Below the pieces are notes generated by a model. That model made no database searches. It was not told where the DNA came from and saw only the letters and a program-made list of their open reading frames with translations. Shown piece by piece: positions 23,219-35,825 of a stretch of DNA of 57,127 nucleotides; position 1 is the stretch's first letter, and every line of letters starts with the position of its first letter. The stretch is from Halocafeteria seosinensis (Eukaryota): assembly GCA_001687465.1 (NCBI GenBank), contig LVLI01000563.1, positions 1-57,127 of the forward strand, read 5' to 3'. The position numbers and the translations under genes are program-made.

Positions 23219-26200
23219 ATGTCAGAAGCCATGAACACCGAATCGATGGATACTTCGGCGCCGTCATCAAATAGTGATGCTCCTGTGAAAGAGAGCTCCA
23301 GTACAAATACTTCTGAGAACGCTACACACGCCTCCACCAACAACGTCGACGCTGCCAAGACGGAGGAGACGTCCAAGAGTATAGAGGTAACTGGTACCAC
23401 AGATGGCCCCCATGCAGCTGGTATGTCGTCTACGGACACAAACGGGAATAATGCAACGTCTACTGGCCCTACGGGGGTGCACACGAGTGCTGGGAGCTTG
23501 TCTGGGAGCGAAACAACAGGACAAACTTCATCGAGCTCCCACACTGCTACTGATACAGGGATCACAAGCTCCCAGAATCATCAGCGTAGCGAAACAACGA
23601 CGACTTCTGGAGAGGGAGAGGATGTCACTATGAGCGGTTATGCTGGTGCCGGTACGACAGCAGCGTCGGAACCGGGCGCTGCGCAGAGCTATTCTACTGC
23701 GTCCTCGACTGTGCAACCGTCTCAAGGATTCTCCAGTGCAACATATACTCAACATTCTCAGCCACCTACTAGTCTAAGTGAGCATAGAAGAAGAAATGAA
23801 CCACGGGCTAACTCGGATAATGGGGCAAAGGCGATTATGGAAGGGGATTTCTTGCTTGATCGATCCAACAAGTCGGTACAGTTCAAAGGAAAATGGCACA
23901 TGTATGGAGACACAACAACGGCGGAGTTCGAATACAAGAGTTCGGGTGTGGAAAGTTTTCCTCAAGATTTTATCAGCAAGGAGGTATCTGCATCAGTATC
24001 TCTGGCTGGCTACTTTTACTTTCTCTCTGGTCCAACTCCGGAAAAGATTGAAGAGAGTGATATACAGCTTCGGATTGGCGGCCCCGTCCCTGCTGACCAA
24101 GATCCTCAAGCGAAACTTGGCCTTCAACAGTCTGATTCCATAGTAGCTTTGGGTGGAACAGGGAAAAATAAGTTTGGTCAATTTAGTTTAGTAGGAGAGT
24201 ACGACACTCGATCTTCAAAAGCAGTGCTCCTCAAGAAGTATGAGCTTGGACCGTCATCGCCTGCGCCTCGACGCGTGGAGAAGCCGAAAACGCCGAAGCC
24301 ACAATCTAATGCTCCACCCCCTGTGCGCGTAACCAGAAAGCATCGTCCCAAGAAGCCTCCAACGAAATTCACGTCTGACGACACTGAGAGCCCGCTATTT
24401 AGCATGAGTCCAGAGATGAGGGACTGCTACCAGGTACTCTCGGAGTTGATGTCCAGAGTTGAAGCCCAGTGGTTTCTTCGCCCTGTTGATGATGCCCAGT
24501 TTCCTGATTACTATGACATTATAAGGCGGCCGATGGATTTTCAGACGATCCAGAGCAATTTGCTATCACAGAGTTACAATGATGTTCGCGATTTTTCCTA
24601 TGATGTTCACCAGGTTTTCAAAAATTGTTTCCAATATAACCCTCCCAATAGCCCCGCTTATGAACATGCGACGATTTTGAAGAATGCGTTTGAAGACAAG
24701 CTCGCCAAGATGCATGAAGAGCAACGCCGACGTGATTCGGAAAGCAAGCGGCGTGCTGCCGAACAGAACAAGGTCGCTGCCAAGTCAATGGCTAACAACA
24801 AGACGCCGACCACCACGAAGAATACATCCACAGGCACGTTTTCATCGTCTAAATCAGCACCTGGCAAGGGCGCTGGCAAGACGTATCAGAGCCTTTCTGG
24901 TAGTTCATTTAGTGACCTGAACAAGAAACAAGTAAAGCGTAAGCGAGATGATGATTCTTCAGTTGGTAGCTTTGGTAAGAAAAAGGCAAAGGATGGATCG
25001 GGCTCATTCGCTCGATCCGAGTCAGGAAGAAAAGGTGCAATGGATCAATCTAATCCCAGCATCGCAGACTTGACTAAGCGGGTGCGAGAATTGGAAGACA
25101 TAGTGATGAGGCAGTCCAGGGACATTGAGGAACTTCAAGGCATGATATCAATGCCTACCAAAGCCGAAGAGGCACCATTGGTAGGACCAGGTAGTGTTTA
25201 TGACACCGACGTTCCCTTGGATTTGTCGGAGAAGCAACAGCTGTCTGAAGACGTGAATAACCTAAACGCGGAACAGATCCAGCGCTTACTGGAAATTGTC
25301 AAGGAATACTATCCGATGAACAATCCTGAGAACGAAAATGAATATGAAATTGACTTGAACTCGGTGAATACCCCGGGGCTCCGACGTCTCCAACAGTATG
25401 TGGATTCGTGCCTTGGACGTTCCAAGAGTAGTGCCGCCACACGGAAGAATCAGCCTAAAGCCAAGCAAAAAATGCCGAAGCAGCCTGCTAGCAAAGGGCG
25501 TGGAAGAGGCCGAGGTCGAGGTCGTGGAAACTCGAACGTGAAGCGACCCTCTGGACGAGGGCCGTCGTCATCGTCTTTGGGATACAGACCTTATAGTACA
25601 TCTGCGTCCAGACCTTCGCCTCGTCCTTGGCCTCAAAGCAGTGCTTCTTCTTCTTCATATGCGTCCCATGCTCCCAGGACAGAACCAAATGAGTCTCGAT
25701 CGGCTCAACAATCATATTCACACAGTACAGAGACGACTTCTTCGCAGCCGCCAGTGACCGAGGCTCCACCGCCGCCTACGCAGTCTGCCACGAGTGACCA
25801 AGGTGCTGAGAGTTTGTCCAATGCGGCAGGCCTAGGCGATAGTGGTGGCAATGGAGAAGAAGGTAACGAGGAGGTGCAGGATCGCACCAATTCTCCCCTC
25901 AATCTGGATGTTGAGGAGAATGATCAAGACGACTTTGACGTGGATTGGTCTGCTTGGGAGGGAGCTGCCGCCACCACAAGTGAAACAGATACAGAGACGC
26001 ACCGGCAAACAACGGGTGAGACATTAACTGCGGAAGCCAAGGACTTAATGTCTGCAGAGGCTGTCGTGGAGCAGCAACGCGAGGAGGAGTTAAAGAGCCA
26101 TCAGCATAAGCGTTTGGCTACTCAAGAAGCTGCTCGTCAGAGTATGCAAGAGCAAGAGGAGGAGGAGAAAGAGCGCCAGCGCCAAGCCGAAGAGGAGGAA

Positions 26201-26365
26201 CGTAAGCGTCGTGAGGAGCAAGAGCGTGAGAAAGAGGAGGCTCGTCGTAAACGGGAAGAGGAGATTGGCATAGGCGCCGGCAATAACAGTGACGACGAAG
26301 GGGACGAATTCGGCGATGATCTTCTCGAAGAAGAAGATCTATCTCATTGGATGGACCAAGAGTAA
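23219..26365 (+). CDS. BET/GTE-type bromodomain + ET (NET) domain protein
   Basis: Bromodomain WFLRPVD..FPDYYDIIRRPMDF..FKNCFQYN; ET domain EKQQLSEDVNNL...EYEIDLNSV..LRRLQQYV; GR repeat; charged coiled-coil C-terminus; single 1048-aa ORF. Confidence 0.9.
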   Translation: MSEAMNTESMDTSAPSSNSDAPVKESSSTNTSENATHASTNNVDAAKTEETSKSIEVTGTTDGPHAAGMSSTDTNGNNATSTGPTGVHTSAGSLSGSETTGQTSSSSHTATDTGITSSQNHQRSETTTTSGEGEDVTMSGYAGAGTTAASEPGAAQSYSTASSTVQPSQGFSSATYTQHSQPPTSLSEHRRRNEPRANSDNGAKAIMEGDFLLDRSNKSVQFKGKWHMYGDTTTAEFEYKSSGVESFPQDFISKEVSASVSLAGYFYFLSGPTPEKIEESDIQLRIGGPVPADQDPQAKLGLQQSDSIVALGGTGKNKFGQFSLVGEYDTRSSKAVLLKKYELGPSSPAPRRVEKPKTPKPQSNAPPPVRVTRKHRPKKPPTKFTSDDTESPLFSMSPEMRDCYQVLSELMSRVEAQWFLRPVDDAQFPDYYDIIRRPMDFQTIQSNLLSQSYNDVRDFSYDVHQVFKNCFQYNPPNSPAYEHATILKNAFEDKLAKMHEEQRRRDSESKRRAAEQNKVAAKSMANNKTPTTTKNTSTGTFSSSKSAPGKGAGKTYQSLSGSSFSDLNKKQVKRKRDDDSSVGSFGKKKAKDGSGSFARSESGRKGAMDQSNPSIADLTKRVRELEDIVMRQSRDIEELQGMISMPTKAEEAPLVGPGSVYDTDVPLDLSEKQQLSEDVNNLNAEQIQRLLEIVKEYYPMNNPENENEYEIDLNSVNTPGLRRLQQYVDSCLGRSKSSAATRKNQPKAKQKMPKQPASKGRGRGRGRGRGNSNVKRPSGRGPSSSSLGYRPYSTSASRPSPRPWPQSSASSSSYASHAPRTEPNESRSAQQSYSHSTETTSSQPPVTEAPPPPTQSATSDQGAESLSNAAGLGDSGGNGEEGNEEVQDRTNSPLNLDVEENDQDDFDVDWSAWEGAAATTSETDTETHRQTTGETLTAEAKDLMSAEAVVEQQREEELKSHQHKRLATQEAARQSMQEQEEEEKERQRQAEEEERKRREEQEREKEEARRKREEEIGIGAGNNSDDEGDEFGDDLLEEEDLSHWMDQE

Positions 26366-26492
26366 TAAAAATAAACACGCACATCCATTTATCATGTGGA
26401 GTAGTAGAGTAAAAATACAGTCCGTGTTCCCATTGGTATTGTTAGTCTCCTTCCCATACCACAGCTAGGCCAATTTGCGTGGCCAATACGAC

Positions 26493-29154
26493 AATGAATG
26501 AAGAGGATATTGGCATCCCTGTGAATGGTGGGGCCTCCTCTACTTCCTTGCGCAAGGGGGAGGAGGGCCCTCAAACACCACAGCGTATATATACACAGGA
26601 CAAGGGGACTTCATTGGACCGACAACGCCAAGATCTGCCCATTTACGGCTACCGGGGGCTGATTCTGGAGACAGTCCGTGCACATGAAGTGGTGGTGTTA
26701 GTGGGTGAAACAGGCTCTGGGAAGACCACGCAGGTCCCTCAGTACCTTTACGAAGAGCGCCTTCACCGGCACGGAGTGTCCCGGCAGCAGCACGGCAAAG
26801 GGGGCAGTACCACCATTGCCGTCACACAGCCGCGACGTGTGGCCGCTATTACAGTCGCGGATCGGGTAGCGCAGGAAATGAAGTCGACAGTGGGAGATAA
26901 AGTAGGCTACAGTGTTCGGTTCGATGAAAAGAGTGGCCCGAAAACGAGAATCAAATTCTGCACGGATGGCATGCTTCTTCGCGAAGCACAATTGGACCCA
27001 CTGCTTCAAAAATACTCGATCATCGTTTTGGATGAAGCGCATGAACGGACGCTGCAGACGGATATTTTGTTTGCCGTCGTTAAACAAGTCCTTGTTGAAC
27101 GCAGAAAGCACAACAACGATGATTCAACAGTGGAGGATGTAAAGAAGAAACACCTACCACCTCTCCGCGTGATTGTTATGTCGGCCACCTTGGATGTGGG
27201 CAAGTTTTGTAGGTATTTTGGAGGGACAAGTTTATACATCCCCGGACGACAACATCCGGTCAGCGTTTACTATGCGTCAGACACACCATCTGACTATATC
27301 GACGCTTCAGTGTCATCTTGTTTGCAACTTCACTGGAATTATAGTCTCCAAGCTATCCAGGGCATAATCACGCTCGTAGATAAATGGCTGCATATTCTAC
27401 GGCGGGCATGGAAGCGAGTACGATCCAGTCCTGACAGCATTGAAGAAGCAGATATATACAGCGCGCTGAAACAAGTAGAAGCAAACACTGATTCAACGCG
27501 TTTGGACGGCAAAGACATACTCGTGTTTTTGCCTGGTCAGGATGATATTGAGAATACCAAATCAGCTCTTGAGAAGCGGTTCGACGAATTACAAGCCTCC
27601 TTTCGCGACTATGTTCGCACTCAAATTGTGTACTCCTGCCGCTATATTCTAGATGATCAAGAGATGAATTTGCAAGGGTTTCATTTTAGCGAAGCCGTGC
27701 CAAAACTGCCTTCCATGCTCCAAGGTCCCGTCAACTATATAGATTCGGCTTTGGATCTACCTGGTATTAAAGTTCTCCCTCTGTATGCTTCCATGGCTTC
27801 AGAGGCCCAATTGAGTGTATTCAATAAGGTATCGCCACAGGAACGGAAGATCATCTTGGCTACGAATATTGCTGAAACGTCAATCACTATCCCCGGAGTA
27901 GCATGCGTAGTAGACCCTGGTTTCGTCAAAGTACGAGCCTTTGATCCACGATCAGGGGTGGAGACTCTCCGTCCAGTCCCTGTGTCTCAGGCACAAGCAT
28001 GGCAAAGAGCTGGAAGAGCTGGGCGAGAGGGTCCAGGAGAATGCTACAGACTTTACACGGAAAGCGTTTATCTCGAACTCTCACCGCAGCCAGTTCCTGA
28101 AATCCAACGGGTTCTGCTGAGTGAAGCGTTGTTGTCTCTTTTGTCAATGGGTGTGCCTGCCCCCAAGCTACACAGGTATCCGTTCCTAGATCCCCCCTCG
28201 GAAGTATCTCTGCGACGTGCGCTGTCGCAACTAATAGATCTTGGGGCCGTGAAACGTCAAGACCCCAGCGTCGATACATCTACGGACAACCAGCTTTTTT
28301 CTGCATCACATACATGGTTGACCAAACTGGGCCGAAAACTTGCGACGCTTCCTTTACCTCCAATCCTATCATCTATTTTGGTAAGAAGCATTGATTTCGA
28401 GTGTCTTATTGAGGCAGCGACCGTGGTGGCCATGCTCAGCGTGGACGCAATCCTGATAGTACCGCGCTCGCAAGAACGCCAAGCCAGAAAGCAGCATAAA
28501 CGGTTTTCGAGTTTTGAAGGGGACCACTGGACCCTGGTCAACATTTTCAGGGAATTCGAAAAAATGTGGCGGCAAAGCAGTAAGGACGATGATCAGGCCC
28601 ACACGGTAACACTTGCTGAAGAGGACGATACTTCACCCGCGCAGAAATTCAAAGATAACATGAAGACAAATAATTCTCAATATTCATTACCGAGACTATC
28701 ACGGAAAGGAGCTAACATCGTGTCCGAGTGGTGTAAGACGAACTTTGTGCATTCCAGAAACATGCACACGGCAGCAATGATTCGGACCCAACTGCTGGAC
28801 CTTATCACCTCGTCAACTGAACTCTTTGGTGACCTCTCTGTTTCTACCTGTTATAATGATACGGATAAGCTCTCCAAGACTTTGGCGGCTGGTGCATATC
28901 TCCATGTGGCCAAACGCGTGCAGCAAGTTGGTGGCCAAACAACCCGACCACTTTATCGGACAGTCACAGATAACAGAGAAGCAATGATTCATCCACACAG
29001 TGTTTTGTACACGCGCACTCCTCATCCGAATTGGATCGTATACGGCGAAGTAGTTACAACCTCAAAGACATATCTGAGAACTGTCTCTCGTATCGAACCG
29101 GAGTGGCTGCTCCAGTACGCTTCTTCCTGGTTCAAGATAAAAGGTGGCGGCTAA
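26493..29154 (+). CDS. DEAH-box RNA helicase, DHX33/Dhr2-like, intronless
   Basis: GETGSGKTTQVPQ, TQPRRVAA, DEAH, SAT, ATNIAETSITI, QRAGRAGR, HA2 and OB domains; the short N-terminus and AQAWQRAGRAGRE favour DHX33. Confidence 0.9.
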
Positions 29155-29431
29155 CACAGCAGGAGCATCTATAATACTTCCCCAGACGCATGTTGCGGAG
29201 ATATATGACTCAGTCTCAAATGGTTGATCGAATGAATTCAGGATGCGTTAGCGCTAATGTCTACTAGCAACCAACATGTTTAAAATAAACACAAACTGCA
29301 AAACCGAACAACTAGCCAAGTATATTATTTTTCGAGGGAAGCATAATCAAAGAAGCCGAGGTGGGGTTGGTTTGCCAACATACACCGAAATTCCATTAAC
29401 CAGAGTAGTGCTATGCAATATTGCCAGCACT

Positions 29432-30049
29432 CTAACGGTAACGACGTAGCGAGAGTGTGTTCCTGCGCTTCCAAGAGCCTCTTTCGGAAGATCCCTTGAG
29501 ATGAGTGGCACGGTGGCCTGGTTTCCTGAGACCACGGCCAGAGCGTCCAGCCGAAGTTAATCCACGCTGTTCACGGTGTTTGTGTGTCGGTCTGCAGATC
29601 CAGTTCATTCTGGGATCTCTCCTGACGGCGTTGTGGAAAGGATCAACCAGGATAACTTCAAAGTATTTGTAGGTCGAATCCGAGTTCACCCAATACGAGT
29701 TGAGTACCCGCAAGTTGGAGCACTTGCGTCCGACTCTTTCTTCGGCTACACTGCGCAGATTACGAGCGAATTTCAACTGTGTGATACCTTGGTGTTTGGG
29801 CTTTCCGTACACAATCCCCTTGGCAGCGGGGCGCTTCCTCCCTCCACAGCGGACGGCCACACGGTAGACCAAGAATCCTTGCTTGGCCTTGTAGCCTAGG
29901 CGACGAGCCTTATCCGGACGAGTGGGGTGGGGCACACGGTGAATATTAGGCCATTGACGGTATTCCCATGCACGCACACGAAGCAAGAAACGGAGGACAT
30001 CGCTCTGTTTCTTACGCCACAATTCCTCCAAATACTTGTAAGCTCCCAT
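29432..30049 (-). CDS. RPL15: 60S ribosomal protein L15 (eL15)
   Basis: [26 protein letters not shown] ... [11 protein letters not shown], 205 aa. Confidence 0.98.
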   Translation of the reverse strand: MGAYKYLEELWRKKQSDVLRFLLRVRAWEYRQWPNIHRVPHPTRPDKARRLGYKAKQGFLVYRVAVRCGGRKRPAAKGIVYGKPKHQGITQLKFARNLRSVAEERVGRKCSNLRVLNSYWVNSDSTYKYFEVILVDPFHNAVRRDPRMNWICRPTHKHREQRGLTSAGRSGRGLRKPGHRATHLKGSSERGSWKRRNTLSLRRYR

Positions 30050-30083
30050 TTTCCCTTCAAATAATGCTGATCAATCGATCAAT

Positions 30084-30437
30084 CTGTGTAAAACACCAAA
30101 TAAAATACACAAACAGACTAGATCAATGAATGAATGAGTAGAGAATCCAAGGGACTTTCCATAGGGGGCACTCAAAGGGAACAAAAACATCTAGGGACTG
30201 TGCGAGTCACCCCCTGCACCCATATGGATGGATACAGACGCCCCTCATCGCAAGTATACACCTAGATACAGGAACGAGACACAACCATAGCTATATCATC
30301 AGTCCTGTGTCCATTTGAAGGTACCCTTCGCTCATCTGAGGGCTCTGAATAGACACAATCCAGAGCGAAGGTCCCCCAGGCCTGGACCTCTCCACTGCGC
30401 TTGTGTACAAACTGCTATGCACATCGGCAGAACATAC
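30084..30437 (-). other. 354-nt structured 5'-UTR intron of RPL15
   Basis: CAG|GTATGT donor and TTTTACACAG acceptor 34 nt before the ATG; internal inverted repeats CCTTCGCTC/GAGCGAAGG and ATCTAGGG/CCCTAGAT. Confidence 0.7.
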
Positions 30438-30545
30438 CTGTTGATACACTGATCCCTCTCACTATCAACATAGAATGAGACTAGTCCCAATCCTCGGCTC
30501 TCTTAGGCTGTACGCAGATGCATGTACAAAGGGGAGGCAGACAAC

Positions 30546-30562
30546 CCGGGCCGAAAGCCCGG
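30546..30562. promoter_or_regulatory. Candidate promoter element CGGGCCGAA..GCCCG upstream of RPL15
   Basis: The same motif, in the same orientation and at a similar distance, occurs upstream of RPL10 (45891-45911). Confidence 0.4.
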
Positions 30563-31508
30563 CCGGGTGAACCGCCCGGGGGCGAAGAAGCCGAAGATAT
30601 GTGGTACAAAGTACAGTGTTAAACCATTACGTCGGGAAAGAAAGAAAAGGGTACTTAAGATTTCAAAGCCTATATCGCGAGCTCTGCAGCTTCTGCCCCA
30701 GGCCGCCAGGTTCTCCACCAGCAGCCATATTGCGCGGCGTTGCTTGGTGCTTGGCAAGTACAACTGTAGACACAGATACTGATACCTGTTTAACCATTCC
30801 CTAGCACACAGGTCGTTGCCCAATTTCAAGCTGGTATCTAATCGTGCTTGCACACATGTAAATGAAATCACCGCTACCAGTAGTGTATTGAATGGAAACT
30901 AAGTCAGTCATTTATTGCACCTGGAAACGACATACAGTAGAGTCCAAGAGCGAACCCTCCAGGCCAGCCTCGCTGACGTGCGTCGGGGAGGTACTCCACA
31001 CTGGTGGTGCTCTGGTGGCATCGGCGGTGGCTCTGTGCCTGCCACAGACAAGTCAGGGTAACTTGCGTGCGTCAGTGACTCAGACAAGGTGTGTCCGTGA
31101 TTGCATTCTGTAATGCGTAATACAGCGTGGATGCGTGGCCTGAGCTAACGGGCAATTACCTACTATACAGTAGCTGAAGTTGAATACATGCATGTCTCTT
31201 GTGGATTTTACACTGTTCGAGTGGCGGGCCATTCACTGGCCGCAACTCTGTTGCGGTCGCACAGATCCCAGGGAGTAGTAGCCTCTAGAGTATTCAAATA
31301 CACCAAGATTGTCGGCACGACGATACTACAACCCATCGTGTGCTAGAAACTTTGGTAGTACTGATTCATTCCGTCCCTGTGGTCGACAGAGGGAGAGAAC
31401 GCTAGAAAACACGCTGCATTTGCTGGTGGAAATCGGCGGAGTTGGCGTGTTCTACAAGCTCCAGTGTGTATACAGAGGGGGCTTCCATTCCAGGTGGACG
31501 GTGCATCA

Positions 31509-34500
31509 ATGGCTACTCGAGAAGACGAGGTGGTCGTCGCCGAAGGCACCGGCAACGATGAGGAGCAAACACCTGACATAGAGAAAGGGGCATCTCCTGA
31601 GAAGGGCCAGGCGCAGCAGGATCCCACCCCCAATCCTTCAAACGAACGTGGCGGTGATGATTCCAAGGCAAACGTTGGCTTCTTCGCGCTATTTCGATAT
31701 GCCTCGCTGACAGAAAAATTCATGGCTGTCATTGCAGTCTTCTGTAGCATGGCGTTTGGAACTGCGTTACCATTATTCTCTCTAGTCTTTGGACAACTAC
31801 TGGATAAGTAAGTGATAAGTTGTGCCACACTTCATAGTAACTATTGGGGGGAAACTCTTCTTTCCTTTGATGCAGTTTTCAAGATGAAGATGATCTCATT
31901 GATGGAGTTTCACAAGCTGCCGTGTACTTTGTGTATATCGCGTTGGGAGCGTTTGTCACTTCCTACTTGTCCGTAAGTCTCAGTTTGCGGTGACCCTCTC
32001 CACGATGAGTTGTAGGTACGCAAGAATTTTTCCTTGGACTTCTCAGATCATGCTACTTCAAATTGTAGCTGAACGACAAGCGTACCGGGTACGCGAAGCG
32101 TATTTTCATCACATCCTGTATCAGGTACGAATCTGCGAGGTTACCCATATGTAAGGACTCTATAGCCATACTTGACTTCCTTTCTGCAGGACATTGGATG
32201 GTTTGATCTCAACGATCCTAACGAGATAACGACCAGTTTAGCAGAGGATGTCGCCACAATGCAGAAAGCAATAGGAAGTCACTTGGGAAATGCAGTTCAA
32301 CATTCTTCCACATTCATTGCTGGTACGAGCTTCCCCAGTAAAGTTATTAAACCTTGTTCAAAGTAGAATTATTACAACCCGATTGTTGTGGTACTCTGCA
32401 GGACTAATCGTTGGATTTGTTCAGGGGTGGAAATTGGCCTTCGTGATTCTGGCATTCATGCCGCTATTGGCGGGTAGCACTGCTTCACTACGATACATAA
32501 TGATGAAGCTCCAGAAGACTATTCAAGAGGCTTATTCCAGAGCCGGAGCTTTTGTTACTGAGGCCATTGGTTCAATTCGAACGGTCGCCTCGTTTGGCGG
32601 AGAAGAGCTGGAGATTGAAAGGTACAAAAGCGAACTATCTTTTGCAGAGAGCAAAGGCATTCAAACGGGGGTAATGTTGGGAGCAAACGTTGGTCTCATG
32701 TTTCTTACTCTGTACTCCGCGTATGGCGTAGGACTTTGGTACGGATCTGAGCTTATTGCTGAGGACCGTGACGAGAATCCAGCGTGCAGAGATGTAGCCG
32801 ATACAGATGGTTGCTTTACTGGCGGAAATGTGATGCAAATCTTTTTTGCTGTGCTAATTGGCTCTTCAAGCATTGGACAAGCCTCCCCGGATTTTAATGG
32901 TATTTCAAGAGCTACCACAGTGGCCTCCAAAGTGTACGCCAAGATTGACAGCAAACCGGCGATACCACCGGACGCAGGAAAGCACAAGTCATCAACCAAA
33001 GGAGAGATTGAGTTCCGAAACGTGGAATTCGAGTACCCTTCCAGGCCAGGTCAGAAAGCATTGGCTGACGTATCGTTTCACATTGACAGTGGCGAAACCG
33101 TGGCTTTTGTTGGACCATCCGGATGTGGTAAGTTCTTGTGTTGCTGCAATTCTTCATGTTCACGGATAAGCATCTGCTCGATGGGTTCTGTACTGCAGGA
33201 AAATCTACTTGTATCTCGCTTCTCCAGCGGTTTTATGACGTGACTCGTGGAGAGATCCTGCTTGACGGAGAAAATATCCGAGAACTTAATCCAAAGAGCC
33301 TGCGAAGCTTGATCGGAGTAGTCAGCCAAGAACCGCAGCTCTTTGCAACTACCGTCGGTAAAAACATTGCGCTAGGGTCACTTGAAAAATCCCTAAGCTC
33401 TGACAAGGAAGGAAAAATCCAAGAAGCTGCCAAGGTTGCTTGTGCTCACGACTTCATCAAGGAACTTACTGAAGGTTATGACACGCCAGTGGGAGAAAAA
33501 GGTGCTCAAATGTCCGGTGGCCAGAAGCAACGAATTGCCATTGCACGCGCCGTGTATCGAGAACCGCAGATTGTTTTACTTGACGAAGCCACCAGTGCTC
33601 TTGACACCGAGAGTGAACGGAAAGTTCAGGCAGCCATCGATCAAATGTTGTCTCAAAGGTCTCAGAAACAAACAACCATTATCATTGCTCACCGTTTGAG
33701 TACTGTGCGAAACTGTGACCGCATATTTGCTTTTGATGGTGGAAAGCTGGTTGAGAGTGGTACTCACAATGAATTATTAGACAAGCCTGATGGACTCTAT
33801 CGGAAGCTCTATAGACTACAAGGAGGAGACGACGTGGAGGAAAGTGAAGAAGGGCAGTCATTAAGTCCGGTCTCACCTCAGAAGATGCGCGCTTCCAGTA
33901 CGGGTAGCAAGGACGGCGGAGAAGAAGCATTCAACGAGGATGACAACAACAGTAGCAAGAAACCTGAGGAAACGGAGGAACCGTACGATGTACCGTGGAA
34001 GCGAGTCTGGGAATATCAACGTCCTGAAAAATGGCACATTGTTGCAGGAACGTTCTTTGCTGCGATAGACGGTGCAGTCATGCCTTCATTTGCTATATTG
34101 CTGTCTGAGATGATATCAGTCTTTTTCAACCCCGACACTGACGAAATGCAAAGCGATGCCACCAAACTAATGGGCGGATTCATTGGTCTAGGAGTATTGA
34201 CCCAAGTAGCGAGGACATTCCACACTTATCTATTTGAACATGCCGGTCAAAAGTTGATCACTCGATTGCGTATTGCTACGTATGAGGCCATTCTCAAGCA
34301 GGACATTAGCTTCTTCGATTTCCCTGAAAACTCTCCTGGGAGATTGGCCAACAGGCTAGCATCAGACGCTTACTATGTGAAAGCCACTGTGGGAGAACGC
34401 ATCGGTGTTCTCGTGCAAGTGCTTGCGTCAATTTTAACCGGTCTAATCATCGCATTTGTCTCCTCGTGGCAGCTTGCGTTTGTGGTAGTGGCAATCACTC

Positions 34501-35825
34501 CGTTGTTTCTGCTCAGTGGGATCATAGAAGCTAAAGCTTTCGGCACTTTCTCAAAACAGGGTGAGAGTGACCGCAACGAAGCGGGGCAGGTATCTCAAGA
34601 ATCGCTTACCGGTATTCGGACTGTTCAGAGTTTGAATCTCCAAGAATACTCCATTGAACGGTATCGTGCGGTACTGATAGCCCCATATCCCCTTGCCGTG
34701 AAGGGTGCACACGTTTCTGGAGCTGCCAGGGGAGCTGGACAGCTCATAATATTTTGTTGTTATGCGTTGACGTTTTACGTTGGTGCCCAGTTCATTGATG
34801 ACGACATTCTTAACTTCCGCGACATGGTCCGAGTGTTTTTTGCCTTAGCTATGGGGGCAATGGGAGCAGGGCAAGCAGCTGCCTTTGGTTCGGATGCAGC
34901 GAAAGCAACCTCAGCGAGAAGAAGCGTATTTCAACTAGTTGACACTGAACCGAAAATCAATGCTCTTGATAGTTCCCGGCGATTGAATGAAGCCGAAGAG
35001 AGACCCGCACCTTTAGAGGGAAATCTGGAATTGGAAAATGTCAGTTTCGCCTATCCAGTTCGGCCCGAGATCGACGTACTCAAGTCCGTAAACCTTAAAA
35101 TCAACGCTGGGCAAACGGTGGGCTTTTGTGGGAGCTCAGGGTGCGGTAAGAGTACAGTCATTCAACTTCTTGAACGGTTCTATGATCCGACCGAAGGAAG
35201 TATCAAGATTGATGGTACGGATCTGCAATCCCAGAACATAGCATGGGTTCGGCGCCATATAAGCCTTGTTGGACAGGAACCTCAGCTGTTCTCGGGCACC
35301 CTCAAATACAATATTGCATACGGAAGAGCAGAGAACAAGCCGCGCCCTAGAAGTGAGGTAGAATCTGAAGTATTTTCAAAGCAAGAAGCGGACGTAGGTG
35401 GGGATGAGGATATTATTCAAGCAGCACGTGATGCCAATGCTGAAGGTTTCATCCGATCCTTCCGTGATGGTTTCTTGACTCATGCTGGAGATGGAGGTAA
35501 CCAATTGTCGGGAGGTCAGAAACAGCGAGTAGCCATTGCTCGCGCTTTGGTCCGTCAACCTAAAATTTTGCTTCTAGACGAAGCTACATCTGCGTTGGAT
35601 TCAGAGAGCGAAGCGGTGGTGCAAGCTGCGCTGGATCGGTTGCTAGAAGAGCGCCGCGGTCGTACAACTATCGTCATTGCCCATCGCTTAAGCACTATTC
35701 GAAACTGTGATTTTATCTGTGTTTTCGACAAGGGAACCCTATCTGAGGTTGGAACTCACGATGAACTAGTTTCCAAAGAGAAGGGTATTTATCGCAAACT
35801 AGCTGGAGCGCAAGGTTTGGTCTAG
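31509..35825 (+). CDS. ABCB1: Full-length ABCB (MDR/P-glycoprotein) transporter, TMD-NBD-TMD-NBD, several 5' introns
   Basis: QDIGWFD; Walker A GPSGC|GKST and GSSGCGKST; MSGGQKQRIAIARA and LSGGQKQRVAIARA; LLDEATSALD twice; IAHRLSTV/I. Confidence 0.93.

Noticed and set aside
30150..30305. GGAAAGUCCC (RNase P/MRP CR-I-like) and CUGAUGA (hammerhead or C-box-like) words in the RPL15 intron
   Set aside because: No CR-V partner downstream, no GAAA after a stem II and no suitably placed D box; the words fit ordinary stems.
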